A stretch of 64,000 bases of DNA, taken from an uncultured Gammaproteobacteria bacterium. GTDB lineage: Bacteria; Patescibacteriota; Patescibacteriia; SG8-24. Each line of letters begins with the position of its first letter. Position 1 is the stretch's first letter. Where the stretch lies: NCBI GenBank assembly GCA_964491475.1, contig CAZBFO010000001.1:189265-253264 (forward strand), in the 5' to 3' direction. The notes beneath the pieces were generated by a model. The model worked only from the letters and a program-made list of their open reading frames with translations. It was not told the origin of the DNA and did not search any database. Shown here one piece after another: positions 40,005-49,953 of the stretch. The translations under genes and the position numbers were made by a program.

Positions 40005-40860
40005 ACTTCTTGCGTTTGGCCTTGAGCGCGGCGACCAGCCAGGCGAGCGCCATGGCCACGGGGTGCAGAAGGGTCAGCAGCAGGTACCCGCCGACGCCGT
40101 CGTGTATCTGGAAGTAGGTGCGGAGGCTGTTGTCGAAGTAGCGCTGCTTGACCGGGCTGAACACCTGCCCGAAGGACTCCCCTCCCCGATGGGTCACGTC
40201 GGCGACCGGCGCGTACCAGACCTCCAGGCCGGCGTCGATGGCCCGCTTGCAGAAGTCGGCCTCCTCGAACCAGATGAAGTAGCGCTCGTCGAGGGTGCCG
40301 ATGGTCTCGAGCACCGAACGGCGGATCAGGAAGACCGCACCGATGACTTGCTCGACCCGCGCGGCCTTGGCGTAGTCGAAATCGGCGGCAAAGTAGTCGC
40401 GCAAAACGTCGAGCTTCGGGAAAACGTGATGCAGCTTGAGGATGATGAGCACCTGCGACCACAGCGTCGGCAGGCGGCGCACCGAATGCTGCACGGTGCC
40501 GTCGAGGTTCAGTACGCGCGGCCCCATGATGCCCGCCTGCGGGTTCTGGCGCATCCATGCCACCATCTTGGCCAACGCGCCTTCGGAGCAGTCGGTGTCG
40601 GGATTGAGCAGCAGCACGAACTCGCCAGCGCATTGCTGGATGGCCTGGTTGTTGGCCGCAGCGAAACCCAGGTTGCGGTTGTTGGCGATGACCGTGGCTT
40701 CGGGGAATTCCCTGACGACCATCTCGACGCTGCCGTCGCGCGAGTCGTTGTCGACCACGAACACCTCGAAGCTGACGCCGGTCTGGCGGTAGACCGAAGC
40801 CAGGCACTGCCGCAGCAGGTCCTTCACTTTCCAATTGACGATGATGATGGAGAGGTCCAT
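39994..40860 (-). CDS. Glycosyltransferase family 2 (WbbL-like)
   Basis: SIIIVNW, VVDNDSRDGS, NLGFAAANN, LLNPD, EEADFC. Confidence 0.92.
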   Translation of the reverse strand: MDLSIIIVNWKVKDLLRQCLASVYRQTGVSFEVFVVDNDSRDGSVEMVVREFPEATVIANNRNLGFAAANNQAIQQCAGEFVLLLNPDTDCSEGALAKMVAWMRQNPQAGIMGPRVLNLDGTVQHSVRRLPTLWSQVLIILKLHHVFPKLDVLRDYFAADFDYAKAARVEQVIGAVFLIRRSVLETIGTLDERYFIWFEEADFCKRAIDAGLEVWYAPVADVTHRGGESFGQVFSPVKQRYFDNSLRTYFQIHDGVGGYLLLTLLHPVAMALAWLVAALKAKRKKYDY

Positions 40861-40879
40861 GAGGGCGCAGTTCGATGTT

Positions 40880-41599
40880 TTACCCTAAACGATGTTTCTC
40901 TTTCATGACCTGCCGCGCCGCTTCCAGCTTCTCCATGTTGGCCATGCGGATGCCCAGCCTGCTCCAAGGAATCAGGTTGAATGCCTTGGGCACCCATAGG
41001 CTGATGCCGCCGGCGTGCGGCAGGCACTTGAACAGGTACTCGGGGATCCAGACGCCGACGTGTCCCTGTTCCAGCATGGTCAGCCACAAGTCCCAGTCTT
41101 GCAGCCGCCTGATCTTCTCGTCGAAGCCGGGGAAATGCTCGCGGCGGATGAGCGAGGTGGTGTGCACGTAGTTCATCTTGCGGAGCCGGGCGGCGTCGAA
41201 CGGCCACAGGCGGAACTTTTTCCAGCCGAACTTGAACGAAGAGTAGGCGTAAGAGGCTTCGTGATGCTGCCGCAGCGTCTCGACCATCTTGGCCAGCATG
41301 TCCGCCCGCATGATGACGTCGGCGTCGCAGAACAGCAGGAACTCCCCCCTGGCTTCGGCAGCCCCGCGGTTGCGGGCGGCGTTGCCTCCGCGGTTTTCCT
41401 GGACGACGTAGGCGATGCGGCTCATGAACGGCCGCAGCGCCTCTTCGGTGCCGTCGGTGGAACCGTCGTTGACCACGATCACCTCGAAATCGGCAAACGT
41501 CTGCGCGAAGATGCTCTCCAGACAGAGCGGGAGTTCTTTGGCGTGCTGATATGACGGGATGATGATGCTGATGACCGGTGTCTTTTGCAATGCGTCCAT
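40880..41599 (-). CDS. Glycosyltransferase family 2
   Basis: SIIIPSY, VVNDGSTD, ARNRG, CDAD, QDWDLWL. Confidence 0.92.
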   Translation of the reverse strand: MDALQKTPVISIIIPSYQHAKELPLCLESIFAQTFADFEVIVVNDGSTDGTEEALRPFMSRIAYVVQENRGGNAARNRGAAEARGEFLLFCDADVIMRADMLAKMVETLRQHHEASYAYSSFKFGWKKFRLWPFDAARLRKMNYVHTTSLIRREHFPGFDEKIRRLQDWDLWLTMLEQGHVGVWIPEYLFKCLPHAGGISLWVPKAFNLIPWSRLGIRMANMEKLEAARQVMKEKHRLG

Positions 41600-41636
41600 A
41601 CGGCTAAAGTGCTTCCGCCACGTCAGTGGCTCCGTT

Positions 41637-42788
41637 TCAACCCTTTGCTTCCGTTTTCATCAGCGCCTCGACGAGACCTCCGGCCTGGCGCTTCCAGCCG
41701 AAGTCCTCCTGCACGCGCTTGCGGCCGTCGGCGCCCAGCCGTTCGGCGAGAGCCGAATCGTCCATCAGCTTGCGGACCGCCTCGGCAATCGCTGCCGCGC
41801 TGCCCGGCTCGACCAGCAGGCCGGTCTTGCCGTCGACCACCGCGTCGGCCACTCCCCCGGTCCGCGACCCGATGACCGGTCGGCCCATCAAGTTGGCTTC
41901 CAGGTAGACAATGCCGAACCCTTCCACGTCCGCGCCGATGCTCTTGGGCGCCATCACGAAGGCGTTGGCCGCAGCGTACAGACCCGGCAGGTCCTCGTCG
42001 GGCACTCTGCCAAGGAAGCTGACGCGGTCGGCGACGTCCTGGCTCTTGGCCAACGCCTCCAGCTTTTGGCGCTGCGGGCCGTCACCGGCGATGACCAAGT
42101 GCACCTGCCTGCCTTCCTGCTTGAGCAATGCCGCCGCCTGAATGGCTTCGGCAAATCCCTTGCGCTCCACCAGCCGCCCAACGGAAAGCAGCGTATAGCC
42201 TGCGGGCATGGCGTAGAACTTGCGAACGGCTTCGACTCGGTCCGAAGGCAGGGCGATGTCCAACGGGAAGCCCGGGGACGGACGCACGATGGCAATCTTG
42301 TCCCTGGTCGCACCGAGCGCTTCGGCCAGCTGGGCGGTGTGGACGCTGTTGGCCACGACCATCTGGGCGCCGGCCAGCACGGCCTTGGCGCGGGCGCGCT
42401 TCGGGCCGCCGGCCTTCAGGGCCAGTGCCACGTCCATGCCATGAACGATGACCACGTAAGGCAGGCCGCGACGCCGTTTGAGGATGCGTGCCACCAGTCC
42501 CATCGGCAGCAGGTGGCTGACGATCAGCAGTTCGGCACGCTCCTTTTTGCGCAGCCAGTCGGTCCAATACAGCGCGCCGAGCCAACGGGGGCGAATCCAC
42601 CCGAGCAGCAGGTTGCGGCGGTAGATGGGCGCGTCCGAGAGCATGTCGATGTCGTGCGACGCCGGGTCTTCCGGTGCCAGCACCTGCACGCTCCCCTTGG
42701 GAAAACAGGCCACCAGATTCGCCAAATAAGTGGCGACGCCGCCTTTCTGACCGGGGTATTCCAAAGTGGCAAGGATGATCGACTTCAT
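41637..42788 (-). CDS. Glycosyltransferase family 4 (GT-B)
   Basis: SVGRLVERKG, EGFGIVYLEA, GGVADAV.DG.TG. Confidence 0.92.
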   Translation of the reverse strand: MKSIILATLEYPGQKGGVATYLANLVACFPKGSVQVLAPEDPASHDIDMLSDAPIYRRNLLLGWIRPRWLGALYWTDWLRKKERAELLIVSHLLPMGLVARILKRRRGLPYVVIVHGMDVALALKAGGPKRARAKAVLAGAQMVVANSVHTAQLAEALGATRDKIAIVRPSPGFPLDIALPSDRVEAVRKFYAMPAGYTLLSVGRLVERKGFAEAIQAAALLKQEGRQVHLVIAGDGPQRQKLEALAKSQDVADRVSFLGRVPDEDLPGLYAAANAFVMAPKSIGADVEGFGIVYLEANLMGRPVIGSRTGGVADAVVDGKTGLLVEPGSAAAIAEAVRKLMDDSALAERLGADGRKRVQEDFGWKRQAGGLVEALMKTEAKG

Positions 42789-44254
42789 GTAGCTACGATA
42801 TCAGAAAACTTCTTGCCGCGCCGCAGGAACACGGCCATCACGTCCTTGACCTCGCGCCAGGTGACTCCCCCGACGCCCACCAGCACCAGCAGGTACTCGG
42901 CCGCCCCCAGCGGCATCAGCGCCGCAAAGTAGACGTGCGGCCGCAGCAACGCCAAAGTCATGGCCATGAACGATGCCGCGAACAGGCATTGCGCGGCAGA
43001 CACCAGCAACGGCTTGCGCTCGAACGGCGTGACGGTCCGCACCAACCGCAGGGTCAGGGCGAACAGCAGCGTGTTGGCGGCCAGCGCCGAAATGGCCGCG
43101 CCGACCGACCCGAGCAGCGGGATCATGAAGGCGTTCAGCGCCAAGTTGGCCACCATGGTGATGCCGAGCACGGTGGTGTGCTTGGCCTGACGGTCGCTGG
43201 CGTTGAGCAGCGAACCGGCCGGCCAGTACAGGAAGGCGAAGATCAACGAGAAGGCCAGTATCTCCAAGGGCGCGGCAGCCCCCTCGAACTGCTTGCCGTA
43301 GACGGTCTTGATGAGAGGCTCCGCCAACATGGCGATGCCGAAGGCCAGCGGCACCACCATGTACATCAGGTACTTGATGGATTGGTCGAAGATGACGCCC
43401 AGCTTTTTGCGGTCGCTGACGTAGTACTGGCTCATCGCCGGATAGACGGCCGCGGCGAAGGACATTGGCAGGAACTGGAAGGCGAAGGAGAGCTTGTTTG
43501 CCACGCCGTACAGGCCGACGTCAGCGGTGGTGCCCAGCTTGGAGAGCATCACCGAGTCGGCATAGGAGTAAACGCGCGAAAAGATGCCCGCCAAGGCGAA
43601 CGGCACGGTCACGTCGCGCAGGAACTTGACCATGACCGGCTCCAGCTTGAGGGTGACCTTCATGGGGAACTTGCGCAGCAGCATGGTCGAGGACCACAGC
43701 ACGTTCCAGGTGCTGCCGCAGAGCAGGGCGAAGATCAAGGAGACCAGCGGCAGGTGCAAGCCGAACAAAAAGAGTCCTCCCGCCGCGATGGTCACCGCCT
43801 GGCCGGTAACCACGCCGACGGCCTCGTACTTGAGGTTCTGGAAGCCGCGCATCACGGCGTAGAACACCAGATGAATCGAGTCCAACACCATCACCGCCGA
43901 AGCGACGGCGATCATGGTGCGCAGTTCCGAGGAATAGCCGAACAGCCAAGCGCTGATTTCCACGACCACGATCGTGGCTGCGGCCAGCACCGCCTTGATG
44001 CCCAGCACGTTGGAGAGCAGCGTCCCGGCCTTCTCCGGAAACTTGGCCGCTTCGCGCACCAGCACGTTGGACAACCCCAGGTCCACGAAAATCGAAAAGA
44101 TGGTGGTGAAGGAGGTGGCAATGACGTACTTGCCCGCACCCTCCACTCCCACCGCACGCGCTGCCAGCGTGAAATAGACGAAAGAAAGGATCTTTTGCCC
44201 CACGAAAGCCGCCACCAGGTAAGCCGTATTTTTCGCCACCCGTCCTTCAGCCAT
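42785..44254 (-). CDS. Wzx-type polysaccharide flippase
   Basis: About 12-14 TMs, VAKNT, DLGL...LVRE, D.VMLS, VGLYG.A.K. Confidence 0.88.
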   Translation of the reverse strand: MAEGRVAKNTAYLVAAFVGQKILSFVYFTLAARAVGVEGAGKYVIATSFTTIFSIFVDLGLSNVLVREAAKFPEKAGTLLSNVLGIKAVLAAATIVVVEISAWLFGYSSELRTMIAVASAVMVLDSIHLVFYAVMRGFQNLKYEAVGVVTGQAVTIAAGGLFLFGLHLPLVSLIFALLCGSTWNVLWSSTMLLRKFPMKVTLKLEPVMVKFLRDVTVPFALAGIFSRVYSYADSVMLSKLGTTADVGLYGVANKLSFAFQFLPMSFAAAVYPAMSQYYVSDRKKLGVIFDQSIKYLMYMVVPLAFGIAMLAEPLIKTVYGKQFEGAAAPLEILAFSLIFAFLYWPAGSLLNASDRQAKHTTVLGITMVANLALNAFMIPLLGSVGAAISALAANTLLFALTLRLVRTVTPFERKPLLVSAAQCLFAASFMAMTLALLRPHVYFAALMPLGAAEYLLVLVGVGGVTWREVKDVMAVFLRRGKKFSDIVAT

Positions 44255-44390
44255 AACGTAGCGATTTTACGCCGTATTCCCGCTTTCGGCAATGCTGGAT
44301 ATGCACCGTTTTTTGGCTAAAAATAAAGCTAAGTTTGCCAAAGGAAAGACGGGCCTCTGCAAGAGACCCGGGAAGGAACGGAAGGAAGGA

Positions 44391-46370
44391 TCAGCGGAGC
44401 AACACTTTGCCACCCTGGCCGTCGTCGGCCACGCGGCATATGCCAGTTACCGACCACTTGGCGAGGTCGAACCAATAGGCGCGGTTGCGGGAAGGCGACC
44501 AGACCCAGAGGTTGAAGCGCGTGACGGTCGGCGGAAGGTCGAGAACCAGCTCGGCCCCGTTACCGCCATAGCTTACGCGCGGCAGCGTTGCAGACGTCGG
44601 CGCCCAAGAAAGGCTACCGTCGCCGCCCGCAGCCACGAAGGCGAAGTCGGCATCGGTGAGCGCACCCGCATCCACGAGGGCGTGAGGAGAGACTCCCTTT
44701 ATGACCACGCGTAGCGAGCTCACGGTGACGGAACAGGCCAGGGTTGGAGCAGCAGATGAGGCATTTGCCGCGCCCTCAACCGCAGTTCCGCCATCGGTCA
44801 ACGACGGCACGACCGACTTCTGGCACTCGCCACTTACCGGATCGCAGGCATAGCCGTCATTGCAGGAACCGGTGCTCCAGAAGGTGCAGCCGTCCGGAGC
44901 CGTCGCGCATACTGCCGGCGATTGCGCGTTCATGCAGGCGTGCGTGCCCGCGATGCAAGTCATCGCGCATCCGCCCGGTTGTGACGGCGGCGGAATGCCG
45001 GAATCGGTCCCGCCTCCACGCGCTCCCCCGGAAGCCGAGGAAGAGATGATACGACTGCCGTTGGGACAGTTCGTAGCATCGGTGACCGTGAACTCGCGAT
45101 GCGCGGAATCCATCCGCCGCACCAACGAAGGCACCGAGCCATCCGGCACCTGAATAACCTGCGGCCAGCCGCGACCGTACAGCACCGGCATCAGGTTGCG
45201 ATACAGCCGATATGCCGTTCCGTCGTCGGAAATGACGTAGAAGTCGTCGTCCGAAGCCTGCTCGATGACTGAACCGTCGCGCAACGGCAATGGCGTCGTG
45301 TCCGGCGCGATGGCGCAGGAACGGCCGTTCACCAGCACGTCGGCTGCACGGAAGCCCCAGGAACGGAGCAAGATGGCGTACTCGTTCGCGGCCGGCGCGA
45401 ACGGCACTTTTCGCCGCCAGCGCATGACGCCGTCGTCGAAGGTGACGAAGGTCGGCCAGGCGGCACCGTCCAGACAGGTCGTGGCGGCTAGTTGCGCCGG
45501 CCTGTCGAGATCGAGTCCGCGGTCGTGGCAGGCCAGCTCGTCGTCGCTGACCGTCACCACGGTGTCCCACTCGCGGGAACGGTCCTGCCAGAACTGATAC
45601 GAGCGGTAGACCGTCTCGTCGCGGATGTGGCAGAGCCTGTCCGGCGCGCAGACCAGGTAAATCTCCGGTCCGTTTGCGCCTTTCACCAACGTGCCCACGG
45701 CATGATGCAGCGCGTGATGCGACAACTTTGCGCCCGCCGCCGCACCGAGACCGCTGTATCCCGAAATGGGCTCCGGCACGATGGCGCTGTCGCCGCAGAA
45801 TAGCTTGAAGTGCAGGTGAGCACCGTCGGTTTTGGGGTCGGCATGGCATGCCGAGATGACGTTGCCGAGGTTGCCGACCGTGCCGATCTGCTCGCCTTGC
45901 TGCACCCGTTGGCCGACCTTCACGGTCCGCGAGGCCAAGTGGCCGTAATGGCTGAAACAGCCGTTGCCGTGGTCGATGAACACCTGGTTTGGGCCGTAGG
46001 AACCGTCGAGCCGTTCGCGAGAGGCCGCGCTGCCAGGCAACGGATACTCGGCAATCGTTCCGGCCGCCGCCGCCAACGCCGGCGTGCCCCAGGCTGCGCC
46101 GCAGCCTTCACCGGCAAAATCGAGCGCGTAGCCGTCGTCCCACTCCCCCGCGCCGTGGCGGAGGTGCGTGGTCGGCGTCTGATACGAGCGCGTCAGCACT
46201 CGAGTCTCGCCGGCAGGAAAGGGCAGCATCAGCGCCATCGAGCGGTCGGCGGCGCTTTCCACCAACGCGTCCGAGCGGTCGCTTTCCGAGGGACTGCTTC
46301 CGGTGTCGCCGCTGCAAGAGGCGGCCAGGACGATGACGCACACGAGCAAGAAACGGATGAATGCGGACAT
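44391..46370 (-). CDS. M23 peptidase lipoprotein with repeat domains and Cys-rich module
   Basis: Lipobox LAASC, YALDF, HYGHL, GAHLHF; GTLVKG..GPEIY repeats; Cys-rich C-terminal region. Confidence 0.78.
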   Translation of the reverse strand: MSAFIRFLLVCVIVLAASCSGDTGSSPSESDRSDALVESAADRSMALMLPFPAGETRVLTRSYQTPTTHLRHGAGEWDDGYALDFAGEGCGAAWGTPALAAAAGTIAEYPLPGSAASRERLDGSYGPNQVFIDHGNGCFSHYGHLASRTVKVGQRVQQGEQIGTVGNLGNVISACHADPKTDGAHLHFKLFCGDSAIVPEPISGYSGLGAAAGAKLSHHALHHAVGTLVKGANGPEIYLVCAPDRLCHIRDETVYRSYQFWQDRSREWDTVVTVSDDELACHDRGLDLDRPAQLAATTCLDGAAWPTFVTFDDGVMRWRRKVPFAPAANEYAILLRSWGFRAADVLVNGRSCAIAPDTTPLPLRDGSVIEQASDDDFYVISDDGTAYRLYRNLMPVLYGRGWPQVIQVPDGSVPSLVRRMDSAHREFTVTDATNCPNGSRIISSSASGGARGGGTDSGIPPPSQPGGCAMTCIAGTHACMNAQSPAVCATAPDGCTFWSTGSCNDGYACDPVSGECQKSVVPSLTDGGTAVEGAANASSAAPTLACSVTVSSLRVVIKGVSPHALVDAGALTDADFAFVAAGGDGSLSWAPTSATLPRVSYGGNGAELVLDLPPTVTRFNLWVWSPSRNRAYWFDLAKWSVTGICRVADDGQGGKVLLR

Positions 46371-46474
46371 GATGTCGCTCCCCGCCGATTCGGCGGATGG
46401 GGTTGTAAAGAACGGTCTTCACTTTGCCGACCGAACGAACCGGCTCGGTCGGCAAACAAAAGGGCGCAGTGCAA

Positions 46475-47170
46475 TCACTGCGCCTGAAACGTCTCGGCGA
46501 CCTTCTCGAGAAGCGTCTGCCGCGAAAGGTTTCCCTTTTTTACCGCCAGTCCGACGACGAACTCGCCGCGCCCCGTGAACACCCGCGTTTCCCGAACCAT
46601 CAGCGACGAAGACGAGCCGTCGCCGTTCACCGTCTCTTCCCACGCCCCGCGCAGAACCTCCGCTCCCGGCGCAACGCCGTATTTTTTGGCAAAAGCTTCG
46701 TACTCGCTCTCCTCGTCCGCAAACGTCCCTGACGGCTTGGTGATGACCACGTCGGCATCCCAATACCGGTAAGAGGTGCCGTCCTTCGGCGTGTCTGCCC
46801 AAAGGTGCACCGCGCTTTCGTTTTCTTCCAGGTGCCACGTGGCCGGGTACGAAATGACGAAGCAGCGGTGCGGATCGCGATAGTGCGTCCACCCATTCGC
46901 ACGGACCTGGACTCCCCCTTTCCCCGCGGCAAGCGGGCAAAAATGCTCGGTGAAAGTCAGGGTGCCCGCAATCTCCGCGTTACCGCTTCCCTTCGGCGTC
47001 TGACCGTTCGATGCGGCCGGCGAGGCAACCGCACGTTTCTCCCCTGCCGGCCTCGCCGTCCCTCGCGGCCACGCCAACAAACCCACGCAAGCGATGCCGA
47101 CTGCCAATCCCGCCATCGTCAGTCCGATCGTAACCCGTTCTCGCACCGCAAACCGAGGACGTTGTTCCAT
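46475..47170 (-). CDS. Hypothetical membrane-anchored protein (PsbP-like W..Y....F.ISYP.TW pattern)
   Basis: N-terminal TM; WTHYRD...FVISYPATW. Confidence 0.55.
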   Translation of the reverse strand: MEQRPRFAVRERVTIGLTMAGLAVGIACVGLLAWPRGTARPAGEKRAVASPAASNGQTPKGSGNAEIAGTLTFTEHFCPLAAGKGGVQVRANGWTHYRDPHRCFVISYPATWHLEENESAVHLWADTPKDGTSYRYWDADVVITKPSGTFADEESEYEAFAKKYGVAPGAEVLRGAWEETVNGDGSSSSLMVRETRVFTGRGEFVVGLAVKKGNLSRQTLLEKVAETFQAQ

Positions 47171-47297
47171 AAGAAGCGTTTAAAGGATTCAATGCGGCGC
47201 GCACCATGCCTACGTCGAAAAATCCCGTCAAGAAAAACTTATCCACATAACGAAAAGCCCGGCCAAAGATGGCCGGGCCGGGTGCGCACGATGCGCG

Positions 47298-48263
47298 TCA
47301 GAAGGTCTTGTTGCCCTTGGGGATGTTCCCCAGGAAGCTGCCGCCGCTCGGAGCGGGCGGACCGCTGCCGATGATCTCGGCCAGCTCCTCTGGCGAGCAG
47401 TAGTAGATGCGGATCAGCGCCGTCGGCTGCTCCTGCCAGAACTCGATCGGCTGGGTGTCGTCGTGGACGGTCTGGTTGACCATCGCGCCGGCGCCGACTT
47501 CGACGCGCGGTGCCGCCGAACGGAGCGAGCGCATGCCGCCGCCACCGAGCGTCTTGGGCGCGGCGCTGAAGACGCTTTCCTCGTCGCCGGGCGTGCTCTC
47601 GAAGCCGCCGCGCATGCGGCGGGTCGGCCGGGGCTTCGGCTCCTTGGAGAGGAAGAATGCCAGGCTGAAAGCGTCGACGCGCTCGTTGCCGATGATCTGC
47701 GCCGCCACGCCGCGCTCCACTTGTTCCGTGAACAAGAATTCGCGGGTGACGCCGCCTTCGCCGCGGAACCCGTCGCGCCAGAACGAACGGCCGGGCGTGA
47801 CGTTGGAAGCCAGGTAGTTCTGGCCGGGCCACTCGAAGCCGCAGTCGGCGCAGTAGCGGTTGCCGCTGAACGGCTTGTCGTGGTTGGGGCAGCGTCGCTT
47901 GTACTGCTCCATCGAGAGCGGCCAGGTGACGCGCCGTCCGGTGATGGCGTTGACGCCCTGGGCCGAGATGATCGCGGCGACGTGGTGCGGATTGTGCAGG
48001 CTGTCGTTGAGGTCGATCCACACCATGTGGCCGACCTTGGAAGCGAAGAAGAAGCTGCGCAGGTTGATGCTCGGATCGCTGCGGTCCCAGTTCTTCGGAC
48101 ACGCCTCGAAGTCGTCGACGGAGTAGACGGTGACCGGCGCTTGCGGCGCCAGATTGCCTACCTGCTCGTTACCCCGGGCGTCGAATCGCGACGTGGTCGC
48201 CTTCGGCATGTGCAACGTAGCGCTCACGCCGTTGACGTTCATCTGGGTGGTTCCTCTGCTCAT
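47298..48263 (-). CDS. Uncharacterised protein with inserted Zn ribbon
   Basis: Host codon usage, RBS; CPNH...CADC; QNY, WRDG, VGAGA.V.Q.V.DD motifs. Confidence 0.7.
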   Translation of the reverse strand: MSRGTTQMNVNGVSATLHMPKATTSRFDARGNEQVGNLAPQAPVTVYSVDDFEACPKNWDRSDPSINLRSFFFASKVGHMVWIDLNDSLHNPHHVAAIISAQGVNAITGRRVTWPLSMEQYKRRCPNHDKPFSGNRYCADCGFEWPGQNYLASNVTPGRSFWRDGFRGEGGVTREFLFTEQVERGVAAQIIGNERVDAFSLAFFLSKEPKPRPTRRMRGGFESTPGDEESVFSAAPKTLGGGGMRSLRSAAPRVEVGAGAMVNQTVHDDTQPIEFWQEQPTALIRIYYCSPEELAEIIGSGPPAPSGGSFLGNIPKGNKTF

Positions 48264-48404
48264 TTCCTACCTCTTTTTGGTCTGTTTCACGACGAACGAC
48301 GGCCAACGTGGTCCGTCACTCGACGCCACAGAGTAACTGGTTTCGACCCGAAGGTCAAGGAGCCGGGCTTCTGCTATACTGACCGCGTTACCCCCTATTC
48401 TTTT

Positions 48405-49895
48405 ATGCGCAGACGCCACATTATCGCCGCAGCCTTAGCCTGCGGCTCGTTGCTCATCGCCGCCGGCGTCTTGGCCGCGACGACAACGGCCCACGACGGC
48501 ACCCTCATCAAGAGCAAATCGTCCGCTTCCGTCTACTACTACGGCGGCAACGGCAAGCGTTATGCCTTCCCCAACGAGCATACCTACTCCTCGTGGTACG
48601 ACGACTTCAGCGGCGTAGCCACCATCACCGATGCCGACCTGGCGGCCATCCCGCTCGGCGGCAACGTCACTTATAAACCGGGCGTCCGTCTGGTGAAGGT
48701 CCAGACCGACCCCAAGGTGTACGCGGTGGATGCCAACGGCACCCTGCGCCCCATAAAGGACGAGGCCGCGGCCAAGGCGCTTTACGGCGACGATTGGAAC
48801 AAGCGGATTGACGACATCCCCGACGCCTTCTTCACCAACTACGCCGTCGGCGCGGAAATCGACTCTGCCGACGACTTCAGCCCGGACGATGCCGAAACCG
48901 AAGCGGCCGACATCGCCACCGACCGGCACATCCCCAAGAACGAGGGCGGCATTCCCGGCAGCTCCGTCACCCTCGACCTGACCAAGCTCCCCCTCGGTGA
49001 CGGCAAATACACTTCGAACGGCGCCAAGAAAGGGTACGTCTATGTCTGCCAGACCGCCTTTAACGGCGGCGGCGCGCAGCAGAACGGCTCATGGATAAAC
49101 ACCTCCGCCAAAACCTGGGACGCTACAAAGAAAATCGCCGTCAAGGGGAGCGTCGATTGGCCGACCGCCGCATATTCGATGACGGTTTCCGGCAGCGACC
49201 GCAAGATCACCTCCAACGGCCTGCCCGTCGGCAGCAACACCGGCACCTTCCCCGTCGCCGCCTCCGACCCCGCCTACCAGATCGACCGCAACCCCAACAC
49301 CATCAAGGCCACTTCGATTTCGCTGACGCTGCCCGCCAACCCCACGCTCGGCACCACGGCCAAATGCGTCCGCGGCCAGGTCGGCATCGGCGTGAACGGC
49401 GTCCCCATCTTTGACGGCTTCGACGCCGAAGGCCGCGACGCCGTGGCCCACGAAGTGCAGGACTCCTGCGGCGGCCACCCGCAAGAATCCGGCAACTACC
49501 ACTACCACAGCGCCAGCGACTGCATCGTCAGCGGCGGCGCGAACAGTTCCAAGCTGCTCGGCTACGCTTACGACGGCTTCGGCATCTACGGCAGCAAGGA
49601 CGCCAGCGGCAAAACGCTGACCACCGCCGACCTCGACGAATGCCACGGCATCACCAGCCAGGTGCTGTGGGACGGCAAATCGGTGAGCATGTACCACTAC
49701 GTGGCCACCAGCGACTTCCCCTACACCGTCGGCTGCTTCAAGGGCTCGGTGAGCAAGGAGCCGACGCCCAGCGGAGCGCCGAGCGGCGGAACGACGCAGC
49801 AGGGCGGCGGATCAAGCACGATGCCTCCCCCACCGCCAGAGGACAGCCCGTTGCCGATGGGCCCGGGCAGCCTGATGATGGGCAGGCTGCACTAA
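48405..49895 (+). CDS. Secreted YHYH-domain protein with CPR-type N-terminal repeat domain
   Basis: Signal peptide; GTLIK...VYY.G.NGKRYAFPNE.TY.SWY repeat; D.CGGHP..GNYHYH, GYAYDGFGIYG, LDECHG, YHYV. Confidence 0.85.
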   Translation: MRRRHIIAAALACGSLLIAAGVLAATTTAHDGTLIKSKSSASVYYYGGNGKRYAFPNEHTYSSWYDDFSGVATITDADLAAIPLGGNVTYKPGVRLVKVQTDPKVYAVDANGTLRPIKDEAAAKALYGDDWNKRIDDIPDAFFTNYAVGAEIDSADDFSPDDAETEAADIATDRHIPKNEGGIPGSSVTLDLTKLPLGDGKYTSNGAKKGYVYVCQTAFNGGGAQQNGSWINTSAKTWDATKKIAVKGSVDWPTAAYSMTVSGSDRKITSNGLPVGSNTGTFPVAASDPAYQIDRNPNTIKATSISLTLPANPTLGTTAKCVRGQVGIGVNGVPIFDGFDAEGRDAVAHEVQDSCGGHPQESGNYHYHSASDCIVSGGANSSKLLGYAYDGFGIYGSKDASGKTLTTADLDECHGITSQVLWDGKSVSMYHYVATSDFPYTVGCFKGSVSKEPTPSGAPSGGTTQQGGGSSTMPPPPPEDSPLPMGPGSLMMGRLH

Positions 49896-49908
49896 TCGCG
49901 CCAGATGC

Positions 49909-49936
49909 AAAAACACCGCCCGAAGGCGGTGTTTTT
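49909..49936. terminator. Bidirectional terminator between the YHYH gene and rpsI
   Basis: aaaaacaccgcc-cgaa-ggcggtgttttt. Confidence 0.85.
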
Positions 49937-49953
49937 CGATTCGTTGGAAGCGG

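Noticed and set aside
47463-48404. N-terminal 314 aa of the 810-aa ORF
   Set aside because: Antisense shadow of the 47298-48263 gene; the signal peptide of the real protein starts at 48405.
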